Shown: one piece after another, positions 9,414 to 20,371 of the stretch
Layout of the letters: each line of letters opens with the position of its first letter
How positions within the stretch are numbered: position 1 is the stretch's first letter
NCBI GenBank assembly: GCA_036170695.1
Contig: JAVHPR010000218.1
Location: 1 to 45,506 of the forward strand
DNA length: 45,506 bases
Source of the DNA: Bacteroidia bacterium
Lineage (GTDB): Bacteria; Bacteroidota; Bacteroidia; 2-12-FULL-35-15
Direction of reading: 5' to 3'
The notes under the pieces: model-generated
Told to the model about the DNA's origin: nothing
The model's input: only the letters and a program-made list of their open reading frames with translations
The model's database searches: none
Program-made: the position numbers and the translations under genes

Positions 9414-10394
9414 ATGACTAATAAAATGAAAAAAATTGCTGTATTTACCTCAGGAGGTGATTCCCCGGGAATGAATGCTTGTATTCGTGCAGTAGTCCGT
9501 ACTGCCAGTTACCATAATCTGGAAATAATGGGTATTATGCACGGTTATGAAGGATTGATAGGAAATGAGTTCATTAACCTAGGCCCAAGATCTGTTGCTA
9601 ATATTATTCAGCGCGGCGGGACTGTTTTAAAAACAGCACGCAGTAAGAGGTTTTTGACGTTGGAAGGCAGGCAAAAAGCATTAGAAAACCTAACGAAACA
9701 TGGTATTGAAGGCATTGTTGCCATTGGCGGAGATGGTACATTCAGAGGGGCTGTGGAGTTTGGTAAAATGTGCTCGATACCTATTGTTGGCTGTCCTGGT
9801 ACCATTGATAATGATTTGATTGGCACTGATTTTACAATTGGTTATGACACGGCTATCAATACGGTTGTAGAGGCGGTCGATAAAATACGGGATACCGCCG
9901 AAAGCCACGATCGTTTGTTTTTTGTGGAGGTGATGGGACGTGATGCCGGTTTGATTGCTTTGCGTTCAGGAATAGGCGTGGGCGCAGAGTGCATCTTAAT
10001 GCCGGAAACAAAAACCGATATGGAAGGTTTGATAAGCCGTTTGGCCAGCGGGCGTAAAAGTAAATCTTCAAAAATTATTATTGTTGCTGAAGGTGATGAG
10101 GCCGGAGGAGCCTTTATCATTGCTGAACAAGTGAAAAAACGTTTGCCGGATTTTGATACGCGTGTAACCGTTCTTGGTCATATACAACGGGGAGGTAATC
10201 CTACTGCAATGGATCGTGTTAATAGCAGCCGCATGGGGTTTGCCGCCGTTGAAGCCTTAATGGCAGGAAAAAAAGGAATGATGATTGGAATAATAGATAA
10301 AAAAATCAGTTATACCCTATTTGAGAATGCTGTAAAACACACTCAGCAACTTGACCCTGAATTGATGCGTATGTTGGAAATTTTATCGCTTTAG
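9414..10394 (+). CDS. pfkA: ATP-dependent 6-phosphofructokinase
   Basis: TSGGDSPGMNA, GGDGT, PGTIDND, MGR and LGHIQRGG motifs. The start could instead be ATG 9426 (MKKIAVFTSGGD). Confidence 0.92.
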   Translation: MTNKMKKIAVFTSGGDSPGMNACIRAVVRTASYHNLEIMGIMHGYEGLIGNEFINLGPRSVANIIQRGGTVLKTARSKRFLTLEGRQKALENLTKHGIEGIVAIGGDGTFRGAVEFGKMCSIPIVGCPGTIDNDLIGTDFTIGYDTAINTVVEAVDKIRDTAESHDRLFFVEVMGRDAGLIALRSGIGVGAECILMPETKTDMEGLISRLASGRKSKSSKIIIVAEGDEAGGAFIIAEQVKKRLPDFDTRVTVLGHIQRGGNPTAMDRVNSSRMGFAAVEALMAGKKGMMIGIIDKKISYTLFENAVKHTQQLDPELMRMLEILSL

Positions 10395-10428
10395 GTTCAT
10401 ATCATTACAACCGTGAATTTTAAGTTTT

Positions 10429-10542
10429 TACCACTATGGCACTAAGACCACTAAGTTTCACTGAGTTAATTTTGGTTAAACCTGTTTTTGTTTGCCCTCT
10501 GCTCTCCGTGTTTCTTTGTGCCCTCCGTGCCTTAGTGGTTAA
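10429..10542. repeat. Inverted-repeat intergenic element between convergent pfkA and the LD-carboxypeptidase gene
   Basis: ttaccactatggcactaagaccactaag (10429-10456) versus cttagtggttaa (10531-10542). The interior is ...tgccctctgctctccgtgtttctttgtgccctccgtgcc... Confidence 0.5.
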
Positions 10543-10571
10543 CCTTTTTTAAATTTTTAGCTCACAAAACA

Positions 10572-11459
10572 TCAAAAAGATAATTCAACAGTATCGGCAA
10601 CTTTCAATTTTACCTTCCTTCCCAAATATAAAGCTGAATTTTTATCAATATGTCCGGCAGGAAAATTAAAGCATATAGGATAACTATATTCCTTGACAGC
10701 ATCTAAAATTATTTCCTCAGCTGTTTTTCCAAAGGGGATGGCATTATCTTTCATGTCACACAATCCACCCACTACCAAGCCTGCTAAATGATTCAATTTC
10801 CCAGAACGTTTCAGATTCATCATCATCCTGTCGATGTGATAAAGGTATTCATCCAAATCTTCAATAAATAATATTTTTCCTTTTGTATCAATGTCCGAAA
10901 CGCTACCTGTTAATGCATAAATTAGTGAAAGATTTCCTCCGCAGATTTCAGCATTTGCAATTCCTTTTCTATTTAGAGGGTGAGTTTCAACATCATATTT
11001 TACTATTTCTCCAAATAGCGCTTTGTGTAATGTTGCTGTAGCCTCTGCATTTTTCATAAAATTAATGGGCATAGTTGCATGAAGCGTTTCAATTCTAAAA
11101 TTATTTAGCTGAGAATGTAATACCGTAATATCGCTATAACCAATGATCCATTTTGGATGTTTCTTAAAATGTGTAAAATCAATTTTGTCAATAATGCGCA
11201 CTGTTCCGTATCCTCCGCGGGCACTAATTATGGCCTTTATGGAATCATCATCCAGCATTGTTTGCAAGTCATTCGCTCTTTCATCATCAGTTCCCGAAAA
11301 TTGATTGTCGGCATTAAATAAATTTTTACCTAATACAACATCCAATCCCCATGCATTAAAAATTTCAATGGCAGGTTGAATTTCGTCATGTGTAATTTTT
11401 CTGGCACAGGCTATAATACCAATTTTATCGCCTTTTTTTAGATATGTGGGTGTTCTCAT
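10572..11459 (-). CDS. LD-carboxypeptidase (peptidase S66, muramoyltetrapeptide carboxypeptidase-like)
   Basis: 295 aa with a GYSDITVLH nucleophile motif and a C-terminal FPAGH. Confidence 0.85.
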   Translation of the reverse strand: MRTPTYLKKGDKIGIIACARKITHDEIQPAIEIFNAWGLDVVLGKNLFNADNQFSGTDDERANDLQTMLDDDSIKAIISARGGYGTVRIIDKIDFTHFKKHPKWIIGYSDITVLHSQLNNFRIETLHATMPINFMKNAEATATLHKALFGEIVKYDVETHPLNRKGIANAEICGGNLSLIYALTGSVSDIDTKGKILFIEDLDEYLYHIDRMMMNLKRSGKLNHLAGLVVGGLCDMKDNAIPFGKTAEEIILDAVKEYSYPICFNFPAGHIDKNSALYLGRKVKLKVADTVELSF

Positions 11460-11482
11460 TTTATGAACTGATTAACAATTAT

Positions 11483-11490
11483 TATCTTTG
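11483..11490 (+). promoter_or_regulatory. -7 promoter box (TAnnTTTG) upstream of metG
   Basis: TATCTTTG in the ldc-metG intergenic region, 135 nt before ATG 11625. Confidence 0.4.
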
Positions 11491-11585
11491 AACGCAATTT
11501 ACGAAAAAAAACAAAAACCTTTCCTCTTTATTTCCTTTCCAGGTGAAAGGAAGTGAGACTTAAACCAACAATTAAAATACACTTC

Positions 11586-11617
11586 ATCTCCCTCCCTTTG
11601 GGAGGGCTGGGGTGGGC
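11586..11617. repeat. Solo copy of the CTCCCC hairpin repeat in the metG leader
   Basis: catctccctccctttgggagggctggggtgggc, with hairpin cctccc/ttt/gggagg. It is very similar to the right arm of the element at 18620-18649. Confidence 0.5.
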
Positions 11618-11624
11618 TTCTTAT

Positions 11625-13790
<2,166 letters not shown>

Positions 13791-13849
13791 TCCTGATCTG
13801 ATATTTTTTGCACTTCTCAAAAATGTGTGTTCTAACCCTAAATATTTAT

Positions 13850-13857
13850 TATCTTTG
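13850..13857 (+). promoter_or_regulatory. -7 promoter box (TAnnTTTG) of the TA cassette
   Basis: TATCTTTG lies 19 nt upstream of ATG 13876. Confidence 0.4.
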
Positions 13858-13875
13858 GAATAAATAACATTATCT

Positions 13876-14133
13876 ATGCAAATAATTAATCAAAATGCTC
13901 ATACTAATAATGAAGGGATCCTAAATATCAGCATTCCTACCCTATTGGTTGATACTGATGTAGAATTGGTGGTGGTTATCAGTCCTGCTATTAAAGCCGG
14001 GAAAAACAATCAGTTAACAAATGAGGAAATTCAATTGGTAGAAGAGCGTTGGCAAGAATATCAAAAAAATCCGAATACCGCCAAATCTTGGGAAGAAGTA
14101 AAAACCACCATCAATAAAAAGTATGGAATATAG
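13876..14133 (+). CDS. Putative addiction-module antitoxin
   Basis: 85-aa ORF that overlaps the downstream toxin gene by 11 nt. The C-terminal segment LTNEEIQLVEERWQEYQKNPNTAKSWEEVK resembles the 'putative addiction module component' antitoxin family. Confidence 0.7.
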   Translation: MQIINQNAHTNNEGILNISIPTLLVDTDVELVVVISPAIKAGKNNQLTNEEIQLVEERWQEYQKNPNTAKSWEEVKTTINKKYGI

Positions 14134-14422
14134 GATTGTAATTCTTCCTGATGCAACCATTGATTTCGAAAAATCCATTGAGTGGTACGACAATATTAAT
14201 CCTTCATTAGCAAAGCAGTTTATTGTTGAAATAGAAACCACCATTAGTTTTATTTCAAAAAATCCATTGTTGTTCCAATACGATTACGGTACATTTAAAT
14301 CAGTTAACACATCAAAATTCTTATTTAAAATAGTTTACAGAATTAATGGAGATGAAATTGTAATAGTTGCCATTTTTCATCATAAACGTAACCCCAAAAT
14401 ACTATATTCAAGAATAAAATAA
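14123..14422 (+). CDS. Type II toxin, ParE/RelE superfamily
   Basis: 99 aa; YRIVILPDATIDFEKSIEWY...LAKQFIVEIETTISFISKNPLLFQ...KIVYRINGDEIVIVAIFHHKRNP is the typical ParE/RelE layout. Confidence 0.8.
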   Translation: MEYRIVILPDATIDFEKSIEWYDNINPSLAKQFIVEIETTISFISKNPLLFQYDYGTFKSVNTSKFLFKIVYRINGDEIVIVAIFHHKRNPKILYSRIK

Positions 14423-14559
14423 TTATACTAAATTGCTGTTTCAAATCAATTCAGATATTATAAGAAAGTCAAATTCTATTCCTGTTAGGAATGCGTATAA
14501 ATTAATTCCCTAAATTATTTCATACTCGTTACCTATTGTTATAGAAATTACTCAAATAG

Positions 14560-14609
14560 TTGTCACACCAATAAAAGATAATATGAATAATGGGGGAGCA
14601 ATTAAATAA
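14560..14609 (+). repeat. Direct repeat copy B (displaced copy of the metG 3' end)
   Basis: ttgtcacaccaataaaagataatatgaataatgggggagcaattaaataa. In the metG frame it still reads [15 protein letters not shown]. Confidence 0.9.
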
Positions 14610-14610
14610 G

Positions 14611-14901
14611 ATGAATAAATTACCTGTCCTATCAAAACGAACTTTTTGGGATGTTGATATTTCCCGGATTGATTTTCAGGAATCCAACGAGTGGGTTATA
14701 ACACGAGTATTTGACCGCGGTACTCTGGATGAAGTATTTGAGATAATCAACTTTTACGGTAGTGACTTTGTAAAACAAACCATACAATCCACAAATGAAT
14801 ACCTGCCTAATCGCTCTATTCTGCTTGCCCGCGCTATTTTCAACTTAAATTATACCGATTTTAAATGCTCAGAAAAGAAACCGTTTCAACTGAACTATTA
14901 G
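14611..14901 (+). CDS. Small conserved partner protein of the AbiEii-like nucleotidyltransferase (candidate antitoxin; possibly DUF6922-like)
   Basis: MNKLPVLSKRTFWDVDISRIDFQESNEWVITRVFDRGTLDEVFEIINFYG... It overlaps the next gene by 37 nt. The ORF track starts at 14590, but those codons belong to repeat copy B. Confidence 0.6.
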   Translation: MNKLPVLSKRTFWDVDISRIDFQESNEWVITRVFDRGTLDEVFEIINFYGSDFVKQTIQSTNEYLPNRSILLARAIFNLNYTDFKCSEKKPFQLNY

Positions 14902-15539
14902 AAGGTTTAAAAAATCTTATGAAACTCCCAATCTTAAAGAACCATAGATTGGTGGGGGGGACTGCATTGGCATTACAAATTGGTCATAGGGTTTCCATAG
15001 ACATTGATTTGTTTTCAGAAAAAAAAAACAATTACAATGCTATTTCGATAGAACTTCGAAAAAAATTTGGGAAAACACTTCAGGAAGGTTATCATATTAA
15101 TAGTCCGATGGGAAAAGGAATTAGCGTTTTTATTAATGATATTAAAACCGATATCCTTGATTGGAATACAAAATTTATTCGACCCGAATTAATAGACGAA
15201 GAAATAAGATTAGCGAGCAAAGAGGATATTATACCCATGAAGTTTAATACTTTTTTGTGTGCACCGGAATTTGCCAGGTATGAAAAAAAAGATTATACAG
15301 ATATTGCCCATTTGCTGAAAGAGTTTTCGTTAAGCCAGATGATTGAGTTATACAAAACTAAATACCCGAATCAATTAATGTCGGACCGGATGATATTAGA
15401 AGGGTTGAAGCTTAACGAAATGGCAGATAAAAAAATTATGCCTCAAATGTTGAATAACATATCTTGGGGTGATGTGAAAAAACAAATTGATAATTCCATT
15501 CTTTTATACTCAGAAAATAGAATAAAAAAAAGAAACTAA
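14865..15539 (+). CDS. Nucleotidyltransferase, AbiEii/AbiGii toxin family (DUF1814-like)
   Basis: Pol-beta NTase signature LVGGTALALQIGHRVSIDIDLF (G-G...D-x-D) and a downstream K...R...KDYTDIAHLL motif. Confidence 0.75.
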   Translation: MLRKETVSTELLEGLKNLMKLPILKNHRLVGGTALALQIGHRVSIDIDLFSEKKNNYNAISIELRKKFGKTLQEGYHINSPMGKGISVFINDIKTDILDWNTKFIRPELIDEEIRLASKEDIIPMKFNTFLCAPEFARYEKKDYTDIAHLLKEFSLSQMIELYKTKYPNQLMSDRMILEGLKLNEMADKKIMPQMLNNISWGDVKKQIDNSILLYSENRIKKRN

Positions 15540-15576
15540 TTGCGAAAAATTTAGCATCTGTACGAAAAAAAACATC

Positions 15577-17739
15577 ATGAAAAAACTCATAAACTCCTTT
15601 ATAATAATTGGTGCATTCATCCAAATCAGCTTTGCCCAAACAAAGCAATTAACGATGGAAGATGCAATTATCAAACAAAAAACCAGCCTTGCTCCGGCAA
15701 AACTTAAACAATTAATGTGGGTGAAAGGAACGAATACTTATTCCTATATCGATACGAAAGACAGTACTGATGTATTAATTTTAGGTAATGCCGAAAGTGA
15801 TAAAAAGCCTTTAATAACCATTGCTACGTTGACAGAACTTAATGCCGAATTGGGCAGGTTAAAGTTCAAATCGCTGAAAACGTTTCCACAAATTCAATGG
15901 AAAAATTTAAATCAATTTACTTTTGAAACAGAAAAAAGTCTGTTTGTGTTTGATTTAAAATCAAAAGCAATTTCAATTGAATCAACACGGGATTTTGGCG
16001 AAAATGCTGAAAATGTTGATGTTGCAAGTAAAACAAACTATGTTGCATTCACGGTAAAAAATAATTTATTTGTTTACGATGGGAAAGAAAATTTAATTGT
16101 AACCAACGAAGCGAATGAAAACATTGTAAATGGGAAATCCGTTCACCGTGAGGAATTTGGTATTGTGAAAGGAACATTTTGGTCGCCAAAAGGCAATTTA
16201 CTTGCCTTTTACAGGATGGATCAAACGATGGTGAAAGATTACCCAATCATTGACTGGACTAGCCGTCCGGCAAAAAGTAATGCCATTAAATATCCAATGG
16301 CAGGCGATACCAGCCATCAGGTTACGGTGGGTATTTATAATGTAAATACCGGCAAAACTGTTTTCTTAAAAACAGGCGAACCTAAAGAACAATATTTAAC
16401 AAATATCGCATGGAGTCCGGATGAACAAACCATTTATATTGCTGTTTTAAACCGTGATCAAAACTGGTTAAAACTGAATTCATATAACGTGGTAACCGGT
16501 TTACCCGAAAAAACATTGTTTGAAGAAAAAGATGATAAATATGTTCAGCCTTTGCATCCAATTGTGTTTGTGCCGAATCATCCCGATCAATTTATATGGC
16601 AGTCGGTTCGAGATGGATACAATCATTTATATTTATATGATGTTACAGGGAAACTGATTAAGCAACTTACCAAAGGCAACTGGGTGGTAACTGATTTTGC
16701 CGGATTTGATGAAAAGGGATTGAACGTGTTTTACACATCAACCGCCGAAAGTCCTATTTCCAGAGACTTTTATTGTCTGGACTTAAAAAAGGGTATTAGT
16801 AAAAAAATCACCTCCGGTGATGGAACTCATTCCCCTCTCCTCAATGATAAAGGAACTTATATTATTGATAATTTTCAAAGTACTACTGTTCCCCGAGAAA
16901 TTTGTATTTACAATAACAAAGGGAAAAAAGTGCAAACAATTAAACAATCTGAAAACCCTTTAAAAGACTTCAAATTGGGGCAGATGAGCCTTTTTAAATT
17001 AAAAAATGAAAATGGTGATGATTTATATTGCCGCATGTTTAAGCCTGTTGGATTTGATTCTACAAAAAAATATCCCACCATCGTTTATTTATACGGAGGT
17101 CCGAATGTTCAGTTGGTAAAGAACACATGGAATGGAGGAGGTGATTTATGGTTTCAATACATGGCAGAACATGGCTTTATAGTGTTTACAATGGATAGCA
17201 GGGGAAGCGATAATCGGGGGAAAGCATTTGAACAGGCTACTTTTCAGCATTTGGGAACGGTAGAAATGCTGGATCAGTTAGTAGGTATTAAGTTTCTGAA
17301 AAATTTAAAATATGTGGATGCAAGCCGAATGGGCTTGATGGGATGGAGCTTTGGAGGGTTTATGACAACATCCATCATGACTCGTTATCCCGATTTATTT
17401 AAAGCGGCAGTAGCAGGCGGACCTGTAATTGACTGGACATATTATGAAATTATGTACACCGAGCGATACATGGACACTCCTCAAACAAATCTGAAAGGAT
17501 ATGAAGAATCAAAATTGTTGAATTATGTAGATAACCTGAAAGGAAAACTAATGTTGATTCACGGAACAGATGATAATGTGGTTGTTTGGCAGCATAGTTT
17601 GATGTTTTTAAAAGCTTGTGTGGATAAAGGCAAACAGGTAGATTATTTTGTTTACCCGGGGCACGAACACAATGTATTAGGCAAAGACAGGGCACATCTG
17701 TTCAATAAAATTACCGATTATTTTATTCAAAATTTGTAA
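15577..17739 (+). CDS. Dipeptidyl-peptidase IV (peptidase S9B)
   Basis: Signal peptide, a DPP-IV N-terminal beta-propeller region, a GWSFGG nucleophile elbow, DDNV and GHEH catalytic residues. Confidence 0.9.
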   Translation: MKKLINSFIIIGAFIQISFAQTKQLTMEDAIIKQKTSLAPAKLKQLMWVKGTNTYSYIDTKDSTDVLILGNAESDKKPLITIATLTELNAELGRLKFKSLKTFPQIQWKNLNQFTFETEKSLFVFDLKSKAISIESTRDFGENAENVDVASKTNYVAFTVKNNLFVYDGKENLIVTNEANENIVNGKSVHREEFGIVKGTFWSPKGNLLAFYRMDQTMVKDYPIIDWTSRPAKSNAIKYPMAGDTSHQVTVGIYNVNTGKTVFLKTGEPKEQYLTNIAWSPDEQTIYIAVLNRDQNWLKLNSYNVVTGLPEKTLFEEKDDKYVQPLHPIVFVPNHPDQFIWQSVRDGYNHLYLYDVTGKLIKQLTKGNWVVTDFAGFDEKGLNVFYTSTAESPISRDFYCLDLKKGISKKITSGDGTHSPLLNDKGTYIIDNFQSTTVPREICIYNNKGKKVQTIKQSENPLKDFKLGQMSLFKLKNENGDDLYCRMFKPVGFDSTKKYPTIVYLYGGPNVQLVKNTWNGGGDLWFQYMAEHGFIVFTMDSRGSDNRGKAFEQATFQHLGTVEMLDQLVGIKFLKNLKYVDASRMGLMGWSFGGFMTTSIMTRYPDLFKAAVAGGPVIDWTYYEIMYTERYMDTPQTNLKGYEESKLLNYVDNLKGKLMLIHGTDDNVVVWQHSLMFLKACVDKGKQVDYFVYPGHEHNVLGKDRAHLFNKITDYFIQNL

Positions 17740-17816
17740 TTCCGAGTAAAATAATAAATATTGCCAATCAATACTTAGGAATATGAAAAAAAGGGAATAT
17801 ATTTCATACTGAATTC

Positions 17817-18512
17817 TTATTTTCCAATCAGCAGTTTAAATCCTTTTCCGTGTACATTTATCAACTCCACCGTGCTGTCTTCTTTTAAATATTTACGGAG
17901 CTTTGCAATATATACATCCATACTGCGGCCACTAAAATAATTGTCGTCCTGCCAGATTGATTTCAGTGCAAAATTTCTGTCGAGAATATCATTTGCATTT
18001 AAACAAAGTAGTTTTAATAAATCGGCTTCTTTAGTGGTTAGTTTTTGCTGCACTCCATTAATTTCGAGTGTTTGGTGCTTATAATCAAATTTGTATTTGC
18101 CTATTTTAAACTCAACTTGCTCCGAATGTATTGACGTCTTGTTTTCTGTTCTGCGCAATATAGCTTTAACGCGCAATAGCAATTCCTCCATGCTGAACGG
18201 CTTTGTGATATAATCATCGGCTCCGGCAGAAAAACCTTCTATAGCATCTTCTTTCATTGATTTTGCCGTCAAAAACACGATAGGAACATTGCCATCAATG
18301 GCGCGGATTTCTTTTGCCAGGGTAAAACCATCTTTAATGGGCATCATCACGTCCAAAATACAAATGTTGAATTTGTCTTTTGAAAAAACATCGTAACCTT
18401 GCTTACCATTCACTGCCAAAACAGTTGAATACCCTTTCAGATCTAAATATTCTTTTAAGAGACTACCCAAATTAGGATCGTCTTCTACTAATAATACTTT
18501 TACTTTTGTCAT
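17817..18512 (-). CDS. OmpR/PhoB-family response regulator
   Basis: Receiver domain (VLLVEDD, ILDVMMP, LTAK) plus a winged-helix output domain. The ORF track starts at 18536, but those 8 codons translate the repeat; ATG 18512 (MTKVKVLLVEDD) is preferred. Confidence 0.88.
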   Translation of the reverse strand: MTKVKVLLVEDDPNLGSLLKEYLDLKGYSTVLAVNGKQGYDVFSKDKFNICILDVMMPIKDGFTLAKEIRAIDGNVPIVFLTAKSMKEDAIEGFSAGADDYITKPFSMEELLLRVKAILRRTENKTSIHSEQVEFKIGKYKFDYKHQTLEINGVQQKLTTKEADLLKLLCLNANDILDRNFALKSIWQDDNYFSGRSMDVYIAKLRKYLKEDSTVELINVHGKGFKLLIGK

Positions 18513-18517
18513 AATTA

Positions 18518-18649
18518 GCCCCTCCAACCTCCCCAAAGGGGAGAATTACGTATTTTGTTTATTTAATTACTTTTATATTCATCACAATTTTTTTCAAAAA
18601 AGGTAGCTCGCCTCAGAATCTCCTCCCCTTCGGGGAGGTTGGGAGGGGC
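18518..18649. mobile_element. MITE-like 132-bp element with about 26-bp terminal inverted repeats, flanked by TTA on both sides
   Basis: Left arm gcccctccaacctccccaaaggggag (18518-18543). The right arm ctcctccccttcggggaggttgggaggggc (18620-18649) is its reverse complement with 1 indel and 1 substitution. The spacer is 76 nt and AT-rich. tta lies at 18515-18517 and at 18650-18652. Confidence 0.5.
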
Positions 18650-20254
18650 TTATTTCACCGGTAAATATACCGTAAAAGTACTCCCTTTCCCTAACTCACT
18701 ATCCACACTTATAGAACCTCCATGTTTTTCAACAACAGCTTTTACATAACTTAATCCCAGTCCAAACCCTTTCACAGTATGAATGTTGCCGGTAGAAACA
18801 CGAAACATGGTATCGAATATCCGTTTTTGATTTTCTTTGCTTATCCCTATTCCATTATCTTGTATAGAAATAAAAACACCCTCCTGGTCACTTCTGGTGC
18901 ATATTCTGATTTTTGGTTTGCCATTCGAATATTTTAATGAATTATCAATCAAGTTAAAAATAATATTTGTTACATGTACCTTGTCGGCATTTATTATTGG
19001 ATTTGTTGCTTTTAACTCTGTGGTAATTTCCCCTTCTTTTTTATCCACCTGCAATTTAATGTTGGCGATAGTTTGTTCGATTAATGAATGGATATCAATG
19101 CTCTGAATGTTTAATTTAAACTCGCCCTTATCAAGAATTGCAGTTTGCAAGATATTTTCAACCAATATACTCAGCCGTTTATTCTCATCACCTATCATTT
19201 TTACATAATTGCTAATGCGGTCATTAGATTTTTCAATAGTTTTATCATTTAATACCTCACAAGCCAATGATATTGTTGAAATTGGCGTTTTAAATTCATG
19301 TGTCATATTGCTGATAAAGTCATTTTTTATTTCAGATAGTTTTTTCTGTTTAAAGATGGTAGAAACGGTGTAATAAAAGGAAAAAATTATCACCATCATA
19401 AACGCACCGGATATTGCAAACATAAATCCCATTGAACTCAATAAATAATGACGCTGGTCGGGGAAATAAACCGACAAATACTGTGGTTTTATGAAAATAT
19501 TGTCAGGTGATAAGTTTATTTTATAATTGGATGAAAACAATAATGTTTCAATGTTCGAAAGCCGGCTTATATCGGTTGGAGGGAGTTTCGAAGCTAACAC
19601 GCCAAAAACATAATGAGCCGAAATCCCTTTTTCCTGAAGCTCTATGCGTATTAACGAATCCAGGAGAACGGTGTCAATTTTATCATTGTAATCATTATAA
19701 ATATTGATACTCACCAATTCATCAAAAATATCGTTCACCATGTTTTTCTTTTGAGAGAACCATTTATTTCGTAGTTCCCCCGAATTAAATTGATGTATAT
19801 AAGTAGGGACACCATCTTCGGTAAGAATATCTACTTCTGAAGGCACACTATCACTTAAGTAATTTTTGTGGCGCGATTTTTTTGTTGTTATCCCGTTGGA
19901 ATCGGAAGAGTATTCTTCGTAAATTTTCACATTAATTTTATCTTTGGGGAGAGCGTAATTTTTATTGCCTGATTTGGAACCCGTAATAAATTTTGATCCG
20001 TTTGATAATGAATCTTGCGGAGTAAACCAGCGAATGCCTTGTTTACGAAAATTGAATTTTTTTCGGATTTTTGAAGCCGCAATTTGTTTTTCCATCCTGG
20101 AAACAACATTATTTAAGGCTTCGTTTACGTTTTGTTCGAATCGTTGCTCCCCCAATGTCATTGCATTGTCTAGCCAATAAACCTGAATGGCTGTTAAGCC
20201 TGCCAAAGCAAGACATGCAATTGTTGTTATTATTTTAACATTTCTTTTATTCAT
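18650..20254 (-). CDS. Sensor histidine kinase
   Basis: Two TM helices flank a periplasmic domain of about 250 aa. H-box SNMTHEFKTPIS, and HATPase boxes IQDNGIGIS and GFGLGLS. Confidence 0.88.
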   Translation of the reverse strand: MNKRNVKIITTIACLALAGLTAIQVYWLDNAMTLGEQRFEQNVNEALNNVVSRMEKQIAASKIRKKFNFRKQGIRWFTPQDSLSNGSKFITGSKSGNKNYALPKDKINVKIYEEYSSDSNGITTKKSRHKNYLSDSVPSEVDILTEDGVPTYIHQFNSGELRNKWFSQKKNMVNDIFDELVSINIYNDYNDKIDTVLLDSLIRIELQEKGISAHYVFGVLASKLPPTDISRLSNIETLLFSSNYKINLSPDNIFIKPQYLSVYFPDQRHYLLSSMGFMFAISGAFMMVIIFSFYYTVSTIFKQKKLSEIKNDFISNMTHEFKTPISTISLACEVLNDKTIEKSNDRISNYVKMIGDENKRLSILVENILQTAILDKGEFKLNIQSIDIHSLIEQTIANIKLQVDKKEGEITTELKATNPIINADKVHVTNIIFNLIDNSLKYSNGKPKIRICTRSDQEGVFISIQDNGIGISKENQKRIFDTMFRVSTGNIHTVKGFGLGLSYVKAVVEKHGGSISVDSELGKGSTFTVYLPVK

Positions 20255-20274
20255 TCATGCAAAAATCCTGATTA

Positions 20275-20282
20275 CAAAAATA
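20275..20282 (-). promoter_or_regulatory. -7 promoter box (TAnnTTTG) for the kinase/regulator operon
   Basis: The plus strand reads caaaaata, which is TATTTTTG on the minus strand, 21 nt upstream of ATG 20254. Confidence 0.35.
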
Positions 20283-20371
20283 CGCTATTCTATTAAACGG
20301 TTCGGAGCTTAACATATTTTAACATCACATATTGTATCCACGTTTTAAGCATTGACAAGCTACACCATCAA

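Noticed and set aside
11553-11624. 24-codon N-terminal extension of metG ([24 protein letters not shown])
   Set aside because: It is a translation of the G/C-rich hairpin repeat (PLGGLGW). MetRS homology begins at the ATG at 11625.
14590-15539. Possibility that ORFs 14590-14901 and 14865-15539 are one gene split by a frameshift (pseudogene)
   Set aside because: The downstream ORF starts with its own ATG and contains a complete NTase domain of typical size. The upstream product looks like an independent small domain. A 37-nt overlap is normal for coupled TA genes.
18513-18536. 8-codon N-terminal extension of the response regulator (MGRLEGLI)
   Set aside because: It translates the left arm of the MITE-like element. 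The receiver domain starts at MTKVKVLLVEDD.
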